Below are positions 50,441 through 60,113 of a DNA stretch of 64,000 nucleotides, piece by piece. This DNA comes from Gemmatimonadota bacterium (GTDB taxonomy: Bacteria; Gemmatimonadota; Gemmatimonadetes; Palauibacterales; Palauibacteraceae): positions 4,225-68,224 of the forward strand of contig DATHRZ010000012.1 of the NCBI GenBank assembly GCA_035464655.1, read 5' to 3'. The notes beneath the pieces are model-generated. The model saw only the letters and a list, made by a program, of their open reading frames with translations, did not search any database and was not told the DNA's origin. Position 1 is the stretch's first letter, and every line of letters begins with the position of its first letter. The position numbers were made by a program, and so were the translations under genes.

Positions 50441-51154
50441 TCAGGTTACGAGCGTGCCGATACGCTCACCGCGCAACGCGGCGAGGATCGCGCCCGGCTC
50501 CCGGATGTTCAACACCATCACGGGCAGGTCGTTCTCGCGACACAACGAAATCGCCGCTGCGTCCATCACCTTCAGGTCGCGATTCAGAACGTCCCTGTAT
50601 GTCAGATCGGTCAGCAGTTCGGCCTCCGGGTCGAGCTCGGGGTCGGCGGTGTACACGCCGTCGACCCGTGTCGCCTTGAGGATGACGTCGGCGTCCATCT
50701 CGATGGCTCGCAGCACGGCGGCCGTGTCGGTGGAAAAGTACGGATTCCCGGTGCCACCCGCGAAGAGGACGACCCGGCCCTTCTCGATATGGCGCAGGGC
50801 GCGACGCCGAATGTACGGCTCGGCGAGCTGTTCCATGCGAATCGCCGTCATCACGCGCGTCTCGACGCCCGCCCGCTCCAGGGCGTCCTGCAGGGCCAGC
50901 GCGTTGATCACCGTGGCCAGCATCCCCATGTAGTCCGCCGACACCCTGTCCATGCCCTGCTGGCTGGCGACAGTGCCGCGGACGATATTCCCGCCGCCGA
51001 CGACCAGTCCGAGGTCGACACCGGCTTCGTGCACGTCTCTGATTTCCCGGGTCAGCTTGTCCACCACGCTCGGCTCGATGCCGAAGCCCCGCTCTCCGGC
51101 GAGCGACTCGCCGGAGAGCTTCACGAGGGCCCGGGGATACTTCAGGTCGGCCAT
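50441..51154 (-). CDS. pyrH: UMP kinase
   Basis: KLSGE...VVGGGN motifs; 237 aa. Confidence 0.95.
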   Translation of the reverse strand: MADLKYPRALVKLSGESLAGERGFGIEPSVVDKLTREIRDVHEAGVDLGLVVGGGNIVRGTVASQQGMDRVSADYMGMLATVINALALQDALERAGVETRVMTAIRMEQLAEPYIRRRALRHIEKGRVVLFAGGTGNPYFSTDTAAVLRAIEMDADVILKATRVDGVYTADPELDPEAELLTDLTYRDVLNRDLKVMDAAAISLCRENDLPVMVLNIREPGAILAALRGERIGTLVT

Positions 51155-51192
51155 GCCGTCCCGCCTTCCCGTGTCGGGTCGCGGAGGAAGGT

Positions 51193-52041
51193 TCAGTCCC
51201 CGATCTGGAACCGGACGAACCGCCGCACGGTCAATCCCTCGGCCACGCCGTTCAGAAGGGCCTGGATCGTGACGTCCTGGTCCTTCACGAACGGCTGCAG
51301 CAGAAGTGCGTTCTGTTCGTAGAACTTGCGCATCCGGCCCTCGACGATCTTCTCGACGATCGACTCGGGCTTTCCCTCCTCCTTGGCCTGCTCGGCCAGC
51401 AACTTGCGCTCGCGGTCGCGCTCCTCCGTCGGGATGTCGTCGGGCGACACGCCGATCGGGTCAGTGGCCGCCACGTGCATCGCAACCTCCCGGGCGGCCT
51501 CGTCGTGGCCGGACCCTCCGGACAGCTCGACGAGCACGCCGATCTTGCCGCCGAAGTGGACGTAGGAGGCGACGCTCGAATCATCCTGCGGCTCGAGCCG
51601 AGCCGCCTGTTCGACCGTGACGTTCTCGCCGATGCGGGCCCGCAAATCGACGATCTCGTCGGCGAACGCGGCGAATGCGTCCCGCTCCAGCAGTGCGTCT
51701 CCCCCGACCGTCTCGCCGTCGGGCAGGTCGCCTTCCGTCAGGACGTGGCGGGCCAGTCGCTCCGCGAAGTCGCGGAACTCGTCGTTGCGCGCCACGAAAT
51801 CCGTCTCGCTCGCAACCGCGACCATCGCGTATCGCTCGCCCTGCTCTTCGACATGGACGAGGCCCTCCGACGTGGCTCGTTCGGAGCGCTTGGCCGCCTT
51901 CGCGGCGCCCCACTTCCGCAGCAGGTCGATCGCCTGCTCCTCGTCGCCCCCCGCTTCCTGGAGGGCCTTCTTGCAGTCCATCATTCCCGCGCCCGTCCGG
52001 TCACGCAAGGACTTCACGGCCTTCGCCGAAATCGTAGCCAT
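51193..52041 (-). CDS. tsf: translation elongation factor Ts
   Basis: N-terminal UBA-like [16 protein letters not shown]; 282 aa. Confidence 0.95.
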   Translation of the reverse strand: MATISAKAVKSLRDRTGAGMMDCKKALQEAGGDEEQAIDLLRKWGAAKAAKRSERATSEGLVHVEEQGERYAMVAVASETDFVARNDEFRDFAERLARHVLTEGDLPDGETVGGDALLERDAFAAFADEIVDLRARIGENVTVEQAARLEPQDDSSVASYVHFGGKIGVLVELSGGSGHDEAAREVAMHVAATDPIGVSPDDIPTEERDRERKLLAEQAKEEGKPESIVEKIVEGRMRKFYEQNALLLQPFVKDQDVTIQALLNGVAEGLTVRRFVRFQIGD

Positions 52042-52103
52042 ATCACATCTCTCTTTTCGTCAATCGGGAGGCGGCTCCGCCTCCGTCCGTATCGCTGCTC
52101 ATC

Positions 52104-52133
52104 AAAAAAAAGGGCCACCCCGCGGGGTGGCCC
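52104..52133 (-). terminator. Rho-independent terminator/attenuator between rpsB and tsf
   Basis: Stem GGGCCACCCC/GGGGTGGCCC (52112-52133) followed on the minus strand by eight T (52104-52111). Confidence 0.55.
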
Positions 52134-52148
52134 ACCATCCGATCGGGC

Positions 52149-53171
52149 TCAGGGTGAGACCCCGTCCTCCCCCGCCTCGTCGGCGTCGCCACCTTCCCCC
52201 GAGTCGGCTTCGGCCGCTACGGCCGCTGCCTCCCTCGGTTCTTCCTCGGCGGCGGCCTTCGTCTCGTCCTCCGCCTCCGCATCGGGCTGCTCCGCCTCGT
52301 CGTCGGCCACGTCGTCGCCCGACTCCTCGCCACCCTCGTCGGTGGCGTGCCGCCGGCGCCGGATGAGTTCCGGACGAGGGCGACGCTTCGGACGCTTCTT
52401 CCGCGACCCCGATGCGGCCTCGGCTTCGCCGACGTCCGACGAATACGTATACGCGCCCTGTTCCCCGGCTCCGTCCTTGCCGTCAGGACGCTCGCGACGG
52501 GCCGCTTCGATCTCGTCGGCGATGACGCCCGTGATCAACTGCACCGAGCGAATCGCGTCGTCGTTGCCGGCGATCGGAACCGTGAGCTGGTCGGGGTCGG
52601 CGTTCGTGTCGGCGATCGCGACCACCGGGATGTCGAGCCGGTTGGCCTCGCGGACGGCGATCTCTTCCTTCTTCGCGTCGACCACGTAGACCAGGCCGGG
52701 AAGACGGTTCATGTCCTTGATGCCCGACAGATACCGGTCGAGCTTCGTCAGCTCGCGGTCGAGCAGCAAGCGCTCCTTCTTCGTATAGAACTCGAACGCG
52801 TTCTCCTCCATGCCGTGCTCGAGCTCTTTCAGGCGTCGAATGTTCTTCTTGATCGTCTGGAAGTTCGTCAGCATGCCCCCGAGCCAGCGCTCGGTGACGT
52901 AGAACGCTCCACAGCGTTCCGCCTCGCCGCGCACGATCTCGGCCAGCTGCGGCTTGGTGCACACGAACAGGACGGTGCCCCCGTCGCGCACCGTCGAGTG
53001 CACCAGCTCGCGCGCGTTCTTGAGCTCGCGCAGCGTCTTCTTCAGGTCGATCAGGTAGATCCCGCCACGCTCGGCGAAGATGTACTTGCGCATTTTCGGG
53101 TTCCAGCGGTGTGTCTGGTGTCCGAAGTGCACGCCAGCCTGGAGGAGGTCTTTCATCCCGACGTCAGCCAT
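52149..53171 (-). CDS. rpsB: 30S ribosomal protein S2 with long acidic C-terminal extension
   Basis: Canonical S2 core (VHFGHQTHRWNPKM...); about 95 extra C-terminal residues rich in D/E/A. Confidence 0.95.
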   Translation of the reverse strand: MADVGMKDLLQAGVHFGHQTHRWNPKMRKYIFAERGGIYLIDLKKTLRELKNARELVHSTVRDGGTVLFVCTKPQLAEIVRGEAERCGAFYVTERWLGGMLTNFQTIKKNIRRLKELEHGMEENAFEFYTKKERLLLDRELTKLDRYLSGIKDMNRLPGLVYVVDAKKEEIAVREANRLDIPVVAIADTNADPDQLTVPIAGNDDAIRSVQLITGVIADEIEAARRERPDGKDGAGEQGAYTYSSDVGEAEAASGSRKKRPKRRPRPELIRRRRHATDEGGEESGDDVADDEAEQPDAEAEDETKAAAEEEPREAAAVAAEADSGEGGDADEAGEDGVSP

Positions 53172-53207
53172 AAATATCCATGCTCTGGTTTCGATTCGGT
53201 TCCGCGG

Positions 53208-53603
53208 TCAACGCTTCGAGAACTGGAAACGCTTTCTGGCCTTTGGCCGACCCGGCTTCTTGCGTTCGACGACGCGCGCGTCCCGCGTCAGCAAGCCCCG
53301 GGCACGAAGCGCGGCCCGTCTGTCTTCGTCTTCGGCGAGTACGGCGCGCGCGATGGCGAGCTGAATGGCACCCGCCTGGCCGCTGAGCCCGCCGCCGCGA
53401 ACTCGGATGTGGACCGCGTAGCGCCCTTCGGTCTCCGTCGCCGCGAACGGGCGGCTCACGGCCTCACGATGTCGGTGCTGCGGAAAGAAGTCGTCGAGGG
53501 TGCGACCATTGATCTCCCACTCGCCGCTTCCGGGGCGCAGCCACACGCGCGCTACGGCCGCCTTCCGGCGCCCGACCGCCTGTGCAATCGTCTGATCCGC
53601 CAA
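53208..53603 (-). CDS. rpsI: 30S ribosomal protein S9
   Basis: C-terminal KKPGRPKARKRFQFSKR; 131 aa. Confidence 0.95.
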   Translation of the reverse strand: MADQTIAQAVGRRKAAVARVWLRPGSGEWEINGRTLDDFFPQHRHREAVSRPFAATETEGRYAVHIRVRGGGLSGQAGAIQLAIARAVLAEDEDRRAALRARGLLTRDARVVERKKPGRPKARKRFQFSKR

Positions 53604-53633
53604 GCTTCCTCCGTGTATTGTCGTCTCGTGCCG

Positions 53634-54062
53634 CTACGGCTCGATCGTGCGCGGCTGCTGCGGGGCATGTGGATGCTGGTCATCCGCATACACGCGCAGC
53701 TTGCCGAGCATCTGCCGGCCGAGCGCGTTCTTCGGCAACATCCCCTTCACGGCCAGCTCGATCACGCGTTCCGGCCGGCGAGCGAGCATCGTCTTGAACG
53801 GGATGAACTTCTCGCTGCCCATGTAGCCGCTGTGCTTGAAATAGGTCTTCTGATCGGCCTTGCGGCCGGTGAGACGAACCTGTTTCGCGTTGATCACGAC
53901 GACGTAATCGCCGACATCCAGGTGGGTGCTGTACGTGGGCTTATGTTTCCCCCGCAGCAGGCTGGCCACCTTCGTGGCGAGCCGTCCCAGCACCTGATCC
54001 CTGGCGTCGATGACGAGCCATTCACGCTCGATTTCGCCCGCCTTGACTGTATACGTCTTCAT
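53634..54062 (-). CDS. rplM: 50S ribosomal protein L13
   Basis: Start at MKTYTVKAGE; 142 aa; the ORF-track N-extension is rejected. Confidence 0.95.
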   Translation of the reverse strand: MKTYTVKAGEIEREWLVIDARDQVLGRLATKVASLLRGKHKPTYSTHLDVGDYVVVINAKQVRLTGRKADQKTYFKHSGYMGSEKFIPFKTMLARRPERVIELAVKGMLPKNALGRQMLGKLRVYADDQHPHAPQQPRTIEP

Positions 54063-54176
54063 TGCTCGCGCCTGGCCGTTGGTCCGAAGTCCGCCACCGA
54101 ATCGTCGCGTGGGGAGAAAAAGCGAGCCGCCCCGCACTCGTCGGGACGGCCATTACCATGATACCCGCAGCCAAGC

Positions 54177-54205
54177 AAGCTACCTGTAGAATTTGAGCAT
54201 GTCAA
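54177..54205 (-). promoter_or_regulatory. putative sigma70-type promoter of rplM-rpsI (TTGACA-17-TAGCTT)
   Basis: Minus-strand TTGACA (54205-54200), 17-nt spacer, TAGCTT (54182-54177); about 110-nt leader with a hairpin plus TTTTTCT before rplM. Confidence 0.35.
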
Positions 54206-54232
54206 GGAAGGCCGAGAATCCCGGAGCCGGGG

Positions 54233-55066
54233 TCAGTGTACGTGAAACGTGTGCAGATCGCGCCCCGCCGGACCGAGCCGGAGCCGGGCGAGGGCCCGGT
54301 CCCGAATATGCCCCGCGCGCTCCCGGCTGACGCCCAGGGTCGACGCGATCTCCGCGAGGGTCTCGGGCTCCGCCCCGTCGAGTCCATAGTAGCGGCCTAC
54401 GACCTCCGCCTCCCGTTCGGGAAGGCAGAGCAGGCCGTGCCGGAGGGCGCCCACGAGGGCTTCGCCGTCGACTCGATCCGAGGGGTCGGCACCCGAACCG
54501 TCCGGGATCAACTCGAGCAGGGGCGCGCCCTGCGTGGCCTCGGCCGGGGCGTCGAGGGAGACGTCGGGGCTGCGCAGCGCGAGTGCCTCCCGGACGGCGC
54601 CCGCGCTGACGCCCAGTTCGGCGGCTACTTCGTGGGGCCGCGCGCCGCGGCCCATCCGCTGGCTCAACCGTCGTCCGGCGGCCGCCACCCGGCGTGCCTC
54701 GTCGAGCCGCCCCGCAGGCACGTGAACGATGCGCGCATCGCGCGACAGCGCGGCGAGCACGGCCCGACGAATCCACCACACGGCGTAGGACACGAAGCGG
54801 ACACCCCGCGATTCGTCGAATCGCCGCGCGGCTTCGATCAGGCCGACGTTGCCCTCGTTCACGAGCTCGTCGAGCGGCACCCCGTGCCCCGCGTAGCGTC
54901 GGGCCACCGAGACGACGAATCGGAGGTTCGCGTTGACCAGTCGCTCCAGCGCGCGCTCGTCGCCGTCGCGCGCCCGACGCGCGAGCTCGGCTTCTTCTTC
55001 GTGATCGAGCAGCCGATGCCGCCTGACTTCCGCCAGATACGTGTCGAACGCGTCCCCGTACGTCAC
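54233..55066 (-). CDS. RNA polymerase sigma factor, sigma-70 family (group 3-like)
   Basis: Region 2 (NLRFVVSVARRY...LVNEGNVGLIEAARRFD...FVSYAVWWIRRAV) and region 4 HTH (LAEIASTLGVSRERAGHIRDRAL); GTGA overlap with the lepB stop; 277 aa. Confidence 0.75.
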   Translation of the reverse strand: MTYGDAFDTYLAEVRRHRLLDHEEEAELARRARDGDERALERLVNANLRFVVSVARRYAGHGVPLDELVNEGNVGLIEAARRFDESRGVRFVSYAVWWIRRAVLAALSRDARIVHVPAGRLDEARRVAAAGRRLSQRMGRGARPHEVAAELGVSAGAVREALALRSPDVSLDAPAEATQGAPLLELIPDGSGADPSDRVDGEALVGALRHGLLCLPEREAEVVGRYYGLDGAEPETLAEIASTLGVSRERAGHIRDRALARLRLGPAGRDLHTFHVH

Positions 55067-55869
55067 CGGATCGGATCGAGCAGGCGGCCCCAGCGGATCT
55101 CCGTCAGCCAGGGGAAGGGGACGAGCTTGTCGCGTTCGTAGGAAAAGTAGATGACCAGGGGCCGGCCCTTGACCGATTCGGTCGGCACGAATCCCCAGTA
55201 GCGTGAGTCCTCCGAATTGTCGCGGTTGTCGCCCATGACGAAGTAGCTGTCGGGCGGCACGGTGATCGGGCCCCAGTTGTCGCGGGTGGGCCGGTAGTCG
55301 CTCGCCGCGCGCCCGTCGCCGAGCAGGTACGACCGCTGCCAGTCGAACTGAGGGCTGCGCGGATCTTCGTAGGGCCGACTGTGCTTGACGTAGGGCTCGA
55401 CGACCTCGGAGCCGTTCCGGTACAGAACCCCGTCGATCATCTGCAAGGTGTCGTCGGGCAGCCCGACGACTCGCTTCACGTAGTTGGTGTGTGCGGCCTG
55501 CTGGGCGCGCGGCGGGGGCTCGAACACGACGATGTCGCCGTGGTCGGGCGGCGCGAGCGACGGCAGGCGCACGTCCGTTCCGGGAATCTCGGCGCCGTAT
55601 ACCATCTTGTTGACCAGTAGAAAGTCGCCGACCAGCAGCGTGTTCTCCATCGATCCGGTGGGGATCTGGAACGCTTCGACGACGAAGGTGCGGACGAGCA
55701 GGAAGAGGGCGAACGCCACGGTGATCGACTTCGTCCATTCCCACATCCAGCGCCCGACCGACGCCTCGCGATCGTCGCGGACGGCAGACGGCTTCCCCTT
55801 CCCCGCCTGCGCGCGGGTCGCCGTCTCGCCGGTCGGATTGCTGCTGCGCGGTTTCGTACTCGCTGTCAT
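55063..55869 (-). CDS. lepB: signal peptidase I
   Basis: TM then catalytic GSMENTL (Ser) and KRVVGLPDD (Lys) boxes; GDNRDNSEDSRYWG. Confidence 0.85.
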   Translation of the reverse strand: MTASTKPRSSNPTGETATRAQAGKGKPSAVRDDREASVGRWMWEWTKSITVAFALFLLVRTFVVEAFQIPTGSMENTLLVGDFLLVNKMVYGAEIPGTDVRLPSLAPPDHGDIVVFEPPPRAQQAAHTNYVKRVVGLPDDTLQMIDGVLYRNGSEVVEPYVKHSRPYEDPRSPQFDWQRSYLLGDGRAASDYRPTRDNWGPITVPPDSYFVMGDNRDNSEDSRYWGFVPTESVKGRPLVIYFSYERDKLVPFPWLTEIRWGRLLDPIR

Positions 55870-55979
55870 TGGCTCACGTCCTGGGATTCGTCCCTCGTCA
55901 TGGTTCGCGCGTCCACTACCCGTGGGGCACGGGCGACGTTCCCGGTCGAGAGATCATCGCTGGCCCCTTCAACGCGAAA

Positions 55980-56627
55980 TCAATCCGACGCCGACGGGCC
56001 GGGAACGAGCACGACGTCATCGCCGTCGAGACGTACTTCGTCGACACCCGGGAACAGGGGCACGACGATCGTTCCGTCCCTGACCCTGACCCCCTGCTGC
56101 TCGAGGCTCCGAACGACTGCCGGCAGCATCAACGGAGGAACGACGAACGCCCCGATCTGCAGGCTTCGCACCCGAAGCCACGTCTCGCCCGGACCGCCCC
56201 GAGACGGCACGAGTCCGGCGATCACCCGCGTCGTGTCGCCCATCGTCGACCTGAGGGCATCGGGGGCGGAGAAGCCGTCGAAACTGTCGGGGCGCAAGCG
56301 GGCGGACAGGACGACGACGGTGTCCTGCACGTCCACCTGCGGGTCTTCAATCCCCGGTGGGAGGACCGGGCCGCTCCGATAGGTAAGAAGGCTCTGCAGC
56401 TCCGCCTCGCTGAATCTCACCTCGTCGTCCATCCCCTCCTGCGCGATCCGGTTCAGCCTGTCCTCCGCCTGCCCGGCCAGGCGTTCGCTGGGTTCGCCGC
56501 TGCTGCTCAGCTCGAAGCGGCCCATCCAGTCGCCGATCGAATCACGGGCCAGCCAGGCGCCACCGGCGAGCAGCGCCAGCAAGACGACGCAGCCGACGCT
56601 TCTCGCGCATCCCCTGCCGGACGCCAT
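55980..56627 (-). CDS. hypothetical exported/membrane-anchored protein
   Basis: N-terminal hydrophobic segment CVVLLALLAGGAWLA; no known motif; 10 nt downstream of thpR. Confidence 0.4.
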   Translation of the reverse strand: MASGRGCARSVGCVVLLALLAGGAWLARDSIGDWMGRFELSSSGEPSERLAGQAEDRLNRIAQEGMDDEVRFSEAELQSLLTYRSGPVLPPGIEDPQVDVQDTVVVLSARLRPDSFDGFSAPDALRSTMGDTTRVIAGLVPSRGGPGETWLRVRSLQIGAFVVPPLMLPAVVRSLEQQGVRVRDGTIVVPLFPGVDEVRLDGDDVVLVPGPSASD

Positions 56628-56666
56628 GGCCTGTCCTCGTTTCGGGTTCGTGTTCACCGGCCGAGA

Positions 56667-57260
56667 CTACGCCGACGTGTCGTCGGCGGGAAGGCCCGCG
56701 TCTCCCAGTTCGATCGCGGCGAGGCATTCGTATCGCGCACCGCCGGGCTCCAGATGGCTTCGCATGAGGTCGAGGGACGAGACCGGGAACGGCGCGTCGA
56801 TACCGACGTCGTCGGTGGCGGCGACGAACGGGCGAAACTCGCCGGGGCGCGCGTCGCGCTTCGCCCGGCCCAGCGTAATGTGGGGCCGGAACGACCGTGC
56901 GTCACGACCGAATCCGTCCCTGGCGAGGCGCCGCTCGAGCTCGTCACGCAACAGCCGGAGACGCGGGCCGGCCTCGACGGAGATCCATATCACCCGCGGC
57001 CGGCGCGGTGACGGGAACGCCCCGACCGGCCCGAACCCCCCTTCGAACGGTTCGAACTCGGCGGCGACCTCGCGGAGAATCGCCGTCACGGCCGCCCGAT
57101 CCTCGTCGTCGCGGTCCCCCAGCCAGCGCAAGGTCAGGTGGAACGCCTCCTCCGGGGTCCAGCGAACCGGAAGCTCTGCCTGCGCGAGTTGCGCCGCGAC
57201 GTCGGCCAGGGCCCGTCGAACCGGGGCCGGAAAGTTCACGGCAACGAACAGACGCACGGC
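56667..57260 (-). CDS. thpR: RNA 2',3'-cyclic phosphodiesterase (2H family, ThpR/LigT-like)
   Basis: Two H-x-T-x motifs (HLTLRW and HITLGR); GTG start at VRLFVAV. Confidence 0.75.
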   Translation of the reverse strand, partial: AVRLFVAVNFPAPVRRALADVAAQLAQAELPVRWTPEEAFHLTLRWLGDRDDEDRAAVTAILREVAAEFEPFEGGFGPVGAFPSPRRPRVIWISVEAGPRLRLLRDELERRLARDGFGRDARSFRPHITLGRAKRDARPGEFRPFVAATDDVGIDAPFPVSSLDLMRSHLEPGGARYECLAAIELGDAGLPADDTSA

Positions 57261-57496
57261 ACCTCCCCTGCCAGGAACGCCACGCCACGACTCCCTGCTC
57301 CATTCATGGTTCTCGGTCCCGTTCAACGTGTCGCCAATCGTTCCACCCGGGCAAGCACCCGACCGAGCCGAGGAAGGAAAGGGCCTGCTCGCCCGTGGCG
57401 GGCCGGCCCCCTACCATGTGACTCCGGGTGCGCGATCATCCGACGCGGCCGCCGGGGAGGCGGTGCGTTCGTCATCCCAACGTCGACGAGAAATCC

Positions 57497-57988
57497 ATGG
57501 ACCAGTTCCGCATCGCGGTCAGCAAGGACGGCAACCAGTTCGCGGCCGCACATTTCATCACTCACGGAAACGGTCAATCCGAGCCCCTGCACGGCCACAA
57601 CTACCGGATCGGAGCCGCCCTCTCGGGACCGCTCGACGACTATCACCTCGTGTTCGACTTCGTCCGCCTGAAGAGGGACATCGAACTCGTGGCCGCCGAA
57701 CTCGACCACCGGGTACTGCTGGCGGCCGACAACCCCGCCCTTCCCGTGGAGCGCTCGGCCGAGGATGAGGTCGTCGTGCGCAGCGGAGCGGATCGCTACG
57801 TGTTTCCGGCGCGCGACGTCGTAATCCTCGACATCCCGAACACGACGGCGGAGATGATCGCGGCGTGGATCGCCGACCGCCTGCTCGAGCGACTTGCCGA
57901 CGACGCCGACCGGCTCACGAGGATCGAGGTCGAGTTGGAAGAAACGACGGGCCAGTGCGCCGTCGTGCGCCGCGACCTGTCCCGATGA
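57497..57988 (+). CDS. 6-pyruvoyl-tetrahydropterin synthase family protein (QueD/PTPS-like, Cys-less)
   Basis: HGHNY zinc motif; the segment before it is S-E-P-L-HGH instead of the QueD-type C-x3-HGH; 163 aa; ATGA overlap with pabB. Confidence 0.75.
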   Translation: MDQFRIAVSKDGNQFAAAHFITHGNGQSEPLHGHNYRIGAALSGPLDDYHLVFDFVRLKRDIELVAAELDHRVLLAADNPALPVERSAEDEVVVRSGADRYVFPARDVVILDIPNTTAEMIAAWIADRLLERLADDADRLTRIEVELEETTGQCAVVRRDLSR

Positions 57989-59490
57989 CCGACCCGGCGG
58001 TCGCCACCGTCGCTGCCGCTCCGACCCCCGAAACCGTGTTCGCGGGCCTTGCACACCTTCCCTACGCGCTGTGGCTCGACTCGACGGCCGACGCCGGGGA
58101 CAGCGGGCGCTGGTCTTTCGTCACGGCCGACCCGTTCGCGGTCCTCCGGGCGCGCAACGGGTTCACGACATGGATCACGGCCGACGGTGTGGCGCCGCTG
58201 GCCGGGTCGCCGTTCGCGGAGCTCGGCGCTGCGCTGGATCGCATGAAGTCGCCGGTGTCGACGCCGATCCCGTTCGACGGTGGCGCCGCCGGGTTCATCG
58301 CCTACGAGGCGGCGGGCGAGTTCGAGAGGCTGCCGCCGCCTCCGCCGCGAGATCACGATCTGCCGGACGTTCACCTCGCGTTCTACGATGTCGTGGTCGG
58401 CTGGAACCACGAGACCGGCGAGTGCACGGTCGTCTCGAGCGGACGGCCCGCGACCGGAGCCACGGGCCGGCGACGCGCCGAGCGGCGCCTGGGCGAGGCC
58501 CTCCGCTGGCTGTCCGGCGAGAGCCCGGCACGCGGTTCCCTCGCGCCGGCCGACCGCGCCGGGGCCGAGGCGGCGAGCGGATCGCCCGTCACTATCCCGC
58601 GCCGACCCGTCGACGACGTGCCGTGGCTCAGCTCGACGACGAGCAGCGCCGAATACGAAGAGGCGGTCGCGCGGGTGATCGGCGCGATCCGCGACGGCGA
58701 CGTCTACCAGGTGAACCTCTCGCAGCGCTTCTCGGCCCGCGTGGCCGCCGCTCCGATCGACATCCACCGCGAGCTTCGCCGCCGTAGCCCCGCGCCGTAC
58801 GGCGCCGTCGTACGAGCCGGCGACGCGACGATCCTCAGCTCGTCGCCCGAGCGCTTCCTGCGCGTGACCCGCGACGGCGTCGTCGAAGCGCGACCGATCA
58901 AGGGCACTCGGCCACGCGGCGCCGATGCCGCCGCCGATGCGCGGCTGGCCGACGAGCTGCGTTCGAGTGCCAAGGACCGCGCCGAGAACCTGATGATCGT
59001 CGATCTCCTCCGAAACGACCTGTCGCGCGTTTGCCGGCCCGGCTCGATTCGCGTTCCCGAGCTGTTCCGACTCGATTCCTGGGCGACCGTACACCACCTG
59101 GTTTCGGTGGTGCAGGGCCGTCTGCGACCGGGCGTCGGGCCGGAAGAGTTGCTGCGTGCGACGTTTCCCTGCGGTTCGGTGACGGGGGCGCCCCGGATTC
59201 GCGCCATGGCGATGATCGCCGACCTCGAGCACGTGGCACGGGGCCCATATTGCGGAGCCATCGGCTACTTCGGGTTCGGCGGCGACATCGACCTTTCCGT
59301 GGCGATTCGCATCCTGGTCGCGCACGGCGGGCGCGTCGACTTCCACGCCGGGGGAGGCGTCGTCTACGACTCCGATCCCGCCGACGAGTACCGGGAGACC
59401 CTGGCGAAGGCGCGGGCGATCATCGGGTCCCTCGAGGCCGTCGGGCTACCGGAGCGCCCGGAGCCGGTCACCCGGGAGGCGCTCACGTGA
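57985..59490 (+). CDS. pabB: aminodeoxychorismate synthase component I (chorismate-binding enzyme)
   Basis: Chorismate-binding C-terminal domain (PIKGTRPRG, AENLMIVDLLRNDL, SVTGAPRIRAM, GAIGYF); N-terminus PabB-like; TrpE cannot be excluded. Confidence 0.7.
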   Translation: MTDPAVATVAAAPTPETVFAGLAHLPYALWLDSTADAGDSGRWSFVTADPFAVLRARNGFTTWITADGVAPLAGSPFAELGAALDRMKSPVSTPIPFDGGAAGFIAYEAAGEFERLPPPPPRDHDLPDVHLAFYDVVVGWNHETGECTVVSSGRPATGATGRRRAERRLGEALRWLSGESPARGSLAPADRAGAEAASGSPVTIPRRPVDDVPWLSSTTSSAEYEEAVARVIGAIRDGDVYQVNLSQRFSARVAAAPIDIHRELRRRSPAPYGAVVRAGDATILSSSPERFLRVTRDGVVEARPIKGTRPRGADAAADARLADELRSSAKDRAENLMIVDLLRNDLSRVCRPGSIRVPELFRLDSWATVHHLVSVVQGRLRPGVGPEELLRATFPCGSVTGAPRIRAMAMIADLEHVARGPYCGAIGYFGFGGDIDLSVAIRILVAHGGRVDFHAGGGVVYDSDPADEYRETLAKARAIIGSLEAVGLPERPEPVTREALT

Positions 59491-60113
59491 TTCTCCTGAT
59501 CGACAACTACGACTCGTTCTCCCACAACCTCGCTCGCTACCTCGAGGAGCTCGGCGAGTCGGTGCGAGTGGCCCGCAACGACGCGCTGACCGTGGAGGAG
59601 GCTCTCGGCGTCGGCGCGAAGGCGATCGTCATTTCACCCGGACCGGGCCGCCCCGAAGACGCCGGGATCTCGATCGGCGTGATCCGTGGCGCCCCGCCGA
59701 CCCTGCCGATCCTCGGGGTCTGCCTCGGCCAGCAGGCGATCGGCGTCGCCTGCGGGGGCGCTGTCGTGCACGGGCCGGCGCCCGTACACGGGAAGCTGAC
59801 CGTGGTGCATCACGACGGCGAAGACCTGTTCGCCGGCATTCCCTCGCCCTTCATGGCGACCCGATACCACTCCCTCGTGGTCTCGGACGAGCTGCCTGCC
59901 GCTCTGCGGGCCCTCGCACGAGCCGACGACGGAAGCCTGATGGCCCTGCGCATGCTCGACCGTCCCGTCTGGGGTGTCCAGTTCCACCCCGAGGCCCTGC
60001 TCACCGAGCACGGACACGCCGTACTCGCCAATTTCCTCGCCCTCGCGACCGGGCGCGCGCCACGCGGCCTGGCACGGGCGCTTCCCGCGCCGGAATCAGC
60101 CGCGACGGGCTGA
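59487..60113 (+). CDS. pabA: glutamine amidotransferase component II (PabA/TrpG)
   Basis: GTG start in GTGA overlap; class I GATase triad context GVCLGQQ...HSL; 208 aa. Confidence 0.8.
   Translation: MILLIDNYDSFSHNLARYLEELGESVRVARNDALTVEEALGVGAKAIVISPGPGRPEDAGISIGVIRGAPPTLPILGVCLGQQAIGVACGGAVVHGPAPVHGKLTVVHHDGEDLFAGIPSPFMATRYHSLVVSDELPAALRALARADDGSLMALRMLDRPVWGVQFHPEALLTEHGHAVLANFLALATGRAPRGLARALPAPESAATG

Noticed and set aside
54180-54779. 199-aa ORF overlapping the sigma-factor gene and the rplM promoter region
   Set aside because: It has a wrong frame relative to the clear sigma-70 motifs and a low-complexity translation.
57261-57496. Possible riboswitch (preQ1 or THF) in the divergent thpR/queD-like intergenic region
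   Set aside because: I could not recognise a preQ1 or THF consensus by eye. It remains unverified rather than excluded.
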